DNA of 64,000 nucleotides from Sumerlaeia bacterium (GTDB lineage Bacteria; Sumerlaeota; Sumerlaeia; SLMS01; JAHLLQ01): NCBI GenBank assembly GCA_040219255.1, contig JAVJSW010000037.1, positions 1 to 64,000 of the forward strand, read 5' to 3'. Shown piece by piece: positions 60,143 to 64,000 of this stretch (position 1 is its first letter; each line of letters starts with the position of its first letter). The notes under the pieces were generated by a model. It saw only the letters and a program-made list of their open reading frames with translations, ran no database searches and was not told where the DNA came from. The position numbers and the translations under genes were made by a program.

Positions 60143-61591
60143 GTGATTCGTTCCCTGACCCGATACCTTCCGATTCTCTGTCTGCTGGCGGTGGCGGCGG
60201 TTTTTTCGCCGTCTGGCGCTTCGGCGCAAGAACCCGCCATGAGCCGTGAGGAACGCCTTCGCCTGCACGAGGAGCGCGTTCGCCGCATCATCGAAGAGCG
60301 TAAGAAGGAACGCGAGGCCGCCGAAGCCCGCCGCGAAGAGCAGCAGACCGGCGAGGGTGCCGGTGAGGAAGCCGCCGAGGAACCGCAGCAAACCCAGGAC
60401 ACGGTGCGCATCGGCACGGTGATCCTGTACGTGGCGTTCGAGAATAAGGACAGCGGCGAGCAGGAACTCGACACCATCGTTCGCGAAGGCGACCGCTTCC
60501 TTTCGGAAGTGCGGTTGCAGAACGAACTGGCGGTGCCCTTCGACCGGGTGCGGATCGCCCTGAGCTATGACAAGCGTTTCCTCAAGCCGGTCCGCGTATT
60601 CGACGATCAGATTCGTTCCGCCACCGATCGGGAGCCCCATTTCACCATCGATCCGCGCGAGTCGGTTCTGATCTACGACGCCAAACTGGCCCGGCCCCGC
60701 CTGGGCAAGGAAGTGCCGATTCTGCGTGTCGTCTGGGAGGCGATTCGCCCCACCGATTTCACCGACTTGCGCTTTGAATTCGCCAGCGACGACGACCTCG
60801 AAGACATTGAAAACGCCCGTTACCACACCGCCATTTATCGTGAAGGGCGCAACGTCCTGGGCGAAAGCTCGGACGAAATCGATGGCGTTCTGAGCGGATC
60901 GCTTTTGATTCTCAAGCCCTTCGACCCCAGCAAAATCAACGATGAACAAATCCTCCAGGGCAAGAAAGAGGAACTGCGCGACATCTATCTGGCCACTGTT
61001 GGCTCCGAAGATTACTACGTTGGCATGAAAGTCCTCGGCCCCGAGCGGACCCCAGCCGTCGGCGAAGAATTCGAAGTCGACATCGCTCTGGCCAACCCGC
61101 AGGGCGCCATCGTCGACAGCGTGCGGTTCTTCCTGCACTTCGACCCGGAGGTCCTGGAAGTCATCGACGAAGATCGCGGCAACTGGATCAAGACTGGTGT
61201 CAATGTGCACGACGGGCCATTCCGCGACGAGTTTCCCTTCGATTATCACAAGCGCAACGAAGTGGACAATCAACGGGGCCTGATCAATTACGGCATGGCC
61301 ATCAGCCGCGCGCTGACCCTGCCGTCGGAGACCTTTGCCCGGGTGAAATTCCGCGCGAAGAAACCGGTCGAATCGACCCAGGTCGAGTTGATCGCTTCGC
61401 GCCCCGGCACCGGGCCGCTGACGACGGTCAAGATGTTCGGCTACGAACTGATGACTTTTCATCCGGCCCTGACGAAGCCGGTCTACGAGACGACGATCCT
61501 GGCGGAGCCTCTGGAGGTCGAGACCGTCCAGGAGGATTCGCCCCAGGAGCGGGAAATGCCCAACATCCCGGGCCTGTTCCTCGGCTACTAG
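60143..61591 (+). CDS. Secreted protein with two cohesin-like beta-sandwich domains
   Basis: Signal peptide (ASA-Q), charged helix; VGEEFEVDIAL..VDSVRFFLHFDPEVLEV..GLINY..FARVKFRAK and a parallel copy EGDRFLSEVRL..FDRVRIALSYDKRFLKP..ILRVVWEA. Confidence 0.7.
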   Translation: MIRSLTRYLPILCLLAVAAVFSPSGASAQEPAMSREERLRLHEERVRRIIEERKKEREAAEARREEQQTGEGAGEEAAEEPQQTQDTVRIGTVILYVAFENKDSGEQELDTIVREGDRFLSEVRLQNELAVPFDRVRIALSYDKRFLKPVRVFDDQIRSATDREPHFTIDPRESVLIYDAKLARPRLGKEVPILRVVWEAIRPTDFTDLRFEFASDDDLEDIENARYHTAIYREGRNVLGESSDEIDGVLSGSLLILKPFDPSKINDEQILQGKKEELRDIYLATVGSEDYYVGMKVLGPERTPAVGEEFEVDIALANPQGAIVDSVRFFLHFDPEVLEVIDEDRGNWIKTGVNVHDGPFRDEFPFDYHKRNEVDNQRGLINYGMAISRALTLPSETFARVKFRAKKPVESTQVELIASRPGTGPLTTVKMFGYELMTFHPALTKPVYETTILAEPLEVETVQEDSPQEREMPNIPGLFLGY

Positions 61592-61634
61592 TAGGCTTGC
61601 GCTCGGCGCTGCCGCGGCGGAAAAGGGCAGCATC

Positions 61635-64000
61635 ATGAGACCCTCGCTCCCGTTTCCGCGCCTCCTGCTCTTTTTCCTCGGCTGCACGCTGCTCTCCAAC
61701 GGGTGGGTCTTCGTGCTCACCTGTCACATCGTGGGGCACTGGTTCCTGCCGCTCGACGACGCTTTCATCTACGTTCAATATGCCGAGCGCATCGCGGATT
61801 TGCGGCCCTTTTCCTATCGCCCGGGCGGCGGCTTCTCCACCGGAGCCACCAGTCCCCTCTATCCGTTCCTGCTCGCTCCGTTCGCGCTTGTCCTCAGGCC
61901 AGAGGCGATGGTCTGGCCACTTCTGGCGTTCTCCGTACTTTGGAAAGTCCTGACGGCGTTGGGGGTTTACCGGGCCGCCTGGGCGATGACGCGCCAACCG
62001 GGGCCGGGCTTGGTGGCGGGGTTGATCGTTTGCTTTCACGGCGTCATTACTTTTGGAATGATGAATGGAATGGAGACCGGGCTGTTGGCGGCGTCGGCGG
62101 CGTGGTCGCTGGTGTTGGCGATGGAGGCTCTGCGGCGCCCGGAGCGGCCGCTATCGACCGGCCGTATGCTGGTGGTCGCGGCGGTCTTCGCGGTGCTGAG
62201 CCTGTGCCGGCCCGAGGCCGCCTTCGTCCCCGCTGCTCTTTTCGTCGCATCCTTCTTCCTCCGGGTGCCCAAGGGTTTCCGCGCCGCGATCGGGTTATCC
62301 CTGCTTCCCGGCGTGCTCTACGTCGCCCTGGTGGTCTTGATGTCGGGGCGCTTGGGGACATCGACATCGGCGGCGAAGCTCCTGACGGTGCATCCGTTTC
62401 AATCGCGCCTGGAGACACTGACGCACGCGGCGTATTCGCTGGATCGCATGGGGCGGCTGCGCATCGGAGGGTTGTTGGCTTTCCCGCCGTTCGCCATTCT
62501 GGGGGCTTTGCTCGCTCTGGTCGCGAACCGCCGGGCGCGGCCGGGGTGGCTGCCGCTGCTGTGGCTGGTGCCGCTGCTGGCGCCGTTCCTATCGGTGGAT
62601 CCGATTCTGCATGATGGCCGGTACTTCGCCGGATGGTTGCCGATCCTGTTCTTGTTATGGACGGTGGGGGCGTGGACGTTGGTGGGATGGATCGGGCGGA
62701 AGTTCCGGAGGGCGGCGTGGCTGGTGCTGGCCGCGGCGGGTCTTCTCCCAGGGCTCATTTCCTTGCCGGCGAAGTCTCAGGAATTCAGCCATCTCGCCAA
62801 TGAAATGGGGCGGATGCACAAGCCCGCCGCGGATTGGCTGCGCGAGAACGTGCGGCGGGGCGAGATCGTCGGCATCCACGACGCCGGGATTCTGGCGGCC
62901 TTGAGCGATCAATTGGTCGTGGACTTCAATGGTCTGGTGACGGCGGATCTGACGGGCCTGGCCGGCAGCGGGCCCGGCTCGTTGTGGGAGGGTCTGGAGC
63001 GCCGCCCTTTCGCCGAATATCCGCAATGGATCGCCAGCTTCCCGGCCTTTACCCATAGCGCCATGACCGCCCAGGCGATGACGGAATTCCCCCTGGAAGA
63101 CAACATCTGGGGGGCCGGGACGCCGTTGGTGATTTGGAGCATGAAGCTGCCCTGGCTGACGCGCGCGATGGACCCTGCCGCTCCGCCGGCCGAGGCCTGG
63201 GAGTTGGTTGACTGGATCGATCACGGGGACCGCGAGAGCGAGGAGGCCCATGGATATAAGTCCTGGTTCCTCAGCCCTTGGCGGAAAACCGACCCGGCGC
63301 TTCTGCGCGAATTGCCTCTTTCTCCCGATTCGTCCTTTCGGATCATGGACGGGGGCCGGCGCAGTACGGATTTTGAGGAGTTTACCCTCGTCCGGAACCC
63401 GAACGCGGAGGCGCTTCTCGTGCTTCGTGTGTGGTCGGATGAGGAGGCGGCCCTCCTAATCGGATGGCCGGGCGGGTCGGCCGAGGTCCCGCTGGCCAAG
63501 GCGGCGGGGAGCTTTCAAGAGGTGGCCGTTCCCATTCCCGCGGGCGGAGGGGGGGCGGAGCTGCGTTTCAGGATTCAACCGGTGCGCGGTGAAATGCCCG
63601 TGCCCGAAGCCATGGAAGTCTATCACGGCTGGCTTTACCAGCCGGCCGGTTCGCTACCCGAGGCAACGAGCCGCCTGGCGGCGGCGGAAGCCGGAGCCAG
63701 CGAGCGTTTCCTTTTCGGGGAGCGAGGCTATTTGAAGTACCACGACGATTTCTATGGGTCCTGGCTGCCGCTCGACGAGCGGTTCGCGCTGATCTGGCAC
63801 GAGGGCTGGGACTCGAATCTGAGCTACGGGAAGGCGAATCCCTACCGTTGGATTCTTGGAACGCGAGTGGGGTTGGGTTTACCGATTCGGGAGCTGACCG
63901 GCGAAGAGGTCGTCGTACGCCTGCATGGCCGGGCCATGGGCGACGCCGAAGGCGCCCTGCCCAATCGGGTTACTCCGGTGGTGGGAGGCGTGCGCCTCGA
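61635..64000 (+). CDS. GT-C membrane glycosyltransferase (AftB-like DDAFI family), runs off the window end
   Basis: Not in the ORF track; spot-translated by hand: MRPSLPF..PLDDAFIYVQYA..GATSPLYPFLL..NGMETGL..RPE..HDAGILAALSD..VDFNGLV; same frame reads sensibly at the window end. Confidence 0.82.
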   Translation, partial: MRPSLPFPRLLLFFLGCTLLSNGWVFVLTCHIVGHWFLPLDDAFIYVQYAERIADLRPFSYRPGGGFSTGATSPLYPFLLAPFALVLRPEAMVWPLLAFSVLWKVLTALGVYRAAWAMTRQPGPGLVAGLIVCFHGVITFGMMNGMETGLLAASAAWSLVLAMEALRRPERPLSTGRMLVVAAVFAVLSLCRPEAAFVPAALFVASFFLRVPKGFRAAIGLSLLPGVLYVALVVLMSGRLGTSTSAAKLLTVHPFQSRLETLTHAAYSLDRMGRLRIGGLLAFPPFAILGALLALVANRRARPGWLPLLWLVPLLAPFLSVDPILHDGRYFAGWLPILFLLWTVGAWTLVGWIGRKFRRAAWLVLAAAGLLPGLISLPAKSQEFSHLANEMGRMHKPAADWLRENVRRGEIVGIHDAGILAALSDQLVVDFNGLVTADLTGLAGSGPGSLWEGLERRPFAEYPQWIASFPAFTHSAMTAQAMTEFPLEDNIWGAGTPLVIWSMKLPWLTRAMDPAAPPAEAWELVDWIDHGDRESEEAHGYKSWFLSPWRKTDPALLRELPLSPDSSFRIMDGGRRSTDFEEFTLVRNPNAEALLVLRVWSDEEAALLIGWPGGSAEVPLAKAAGSFQEVAVPIPAGGGGAELRFRIQPVRGEMPVPEAMEVYHGWLYQPAGSLPEATSRLAAAEAGASERFLFGERGYLKYHDDFYGSWLPLDERFALIWHEGWDSNLSYGKANPYRWILGTRVGLGLPIRELTGEEVVVRLHGRAMGDAEGALPNRVTPVVGGVRL

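Overview
This is a high-GC bacterial chromosomal window. The half-dockerin C-termini, W-x-x-Y tail and diderm envelope genes suggest Candidatus Sumerlaeota (BRC1) or a similar lineage; the taxonomy is inference only. Housekeeping genes present: gltX, dnaA (with no neighbouring dnaN), topA, ilvN, dnaK, rpoZ, panC and a 28-aa bS22-like ribosomal protein that the ORF track missed. Four regions stand out. (1) At 0.3-9.9 kb is a minus-strand cluster of secreted proteins, three of which end in the same single-EF-hand 'half-dockerin' tag. One of these is a ~1350-aa protein whose C-terminal half follows the layout of a Tc-toxin A (TcA) translocation module. (2) At 52-64 kb is a co-oriented cluster with an O-antigen-ligase-like protein, GT4, PilZ, a PilB/GspE ATPase, a stand-alone MshEN membrane protein, a secreted tandem-cohesin protein and a GT-C. 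Regions 1 and 2 together suggest a non-cellulosomal cohesin/half-dockerin surface-display system for nucleases and a putative toxin. (3) At 40.8-43.2 kb is an orphan Rhs toxin/immunity module with a low-GC toxin tip and a duplicated gene fragment. (4) Upstream of a GNAT-ilvN operon is a leader-peptide attenuator (MIFFHALTNTVRVRRP). Dispersed ACCACAGAG/CTCTGTGGT-type repeats bracket AT-rich intergenic cores. I recognised no rRNA, tRNA, CRISPR array or intact transposase. All product calls come from motif recognition by eye; no database was searched.
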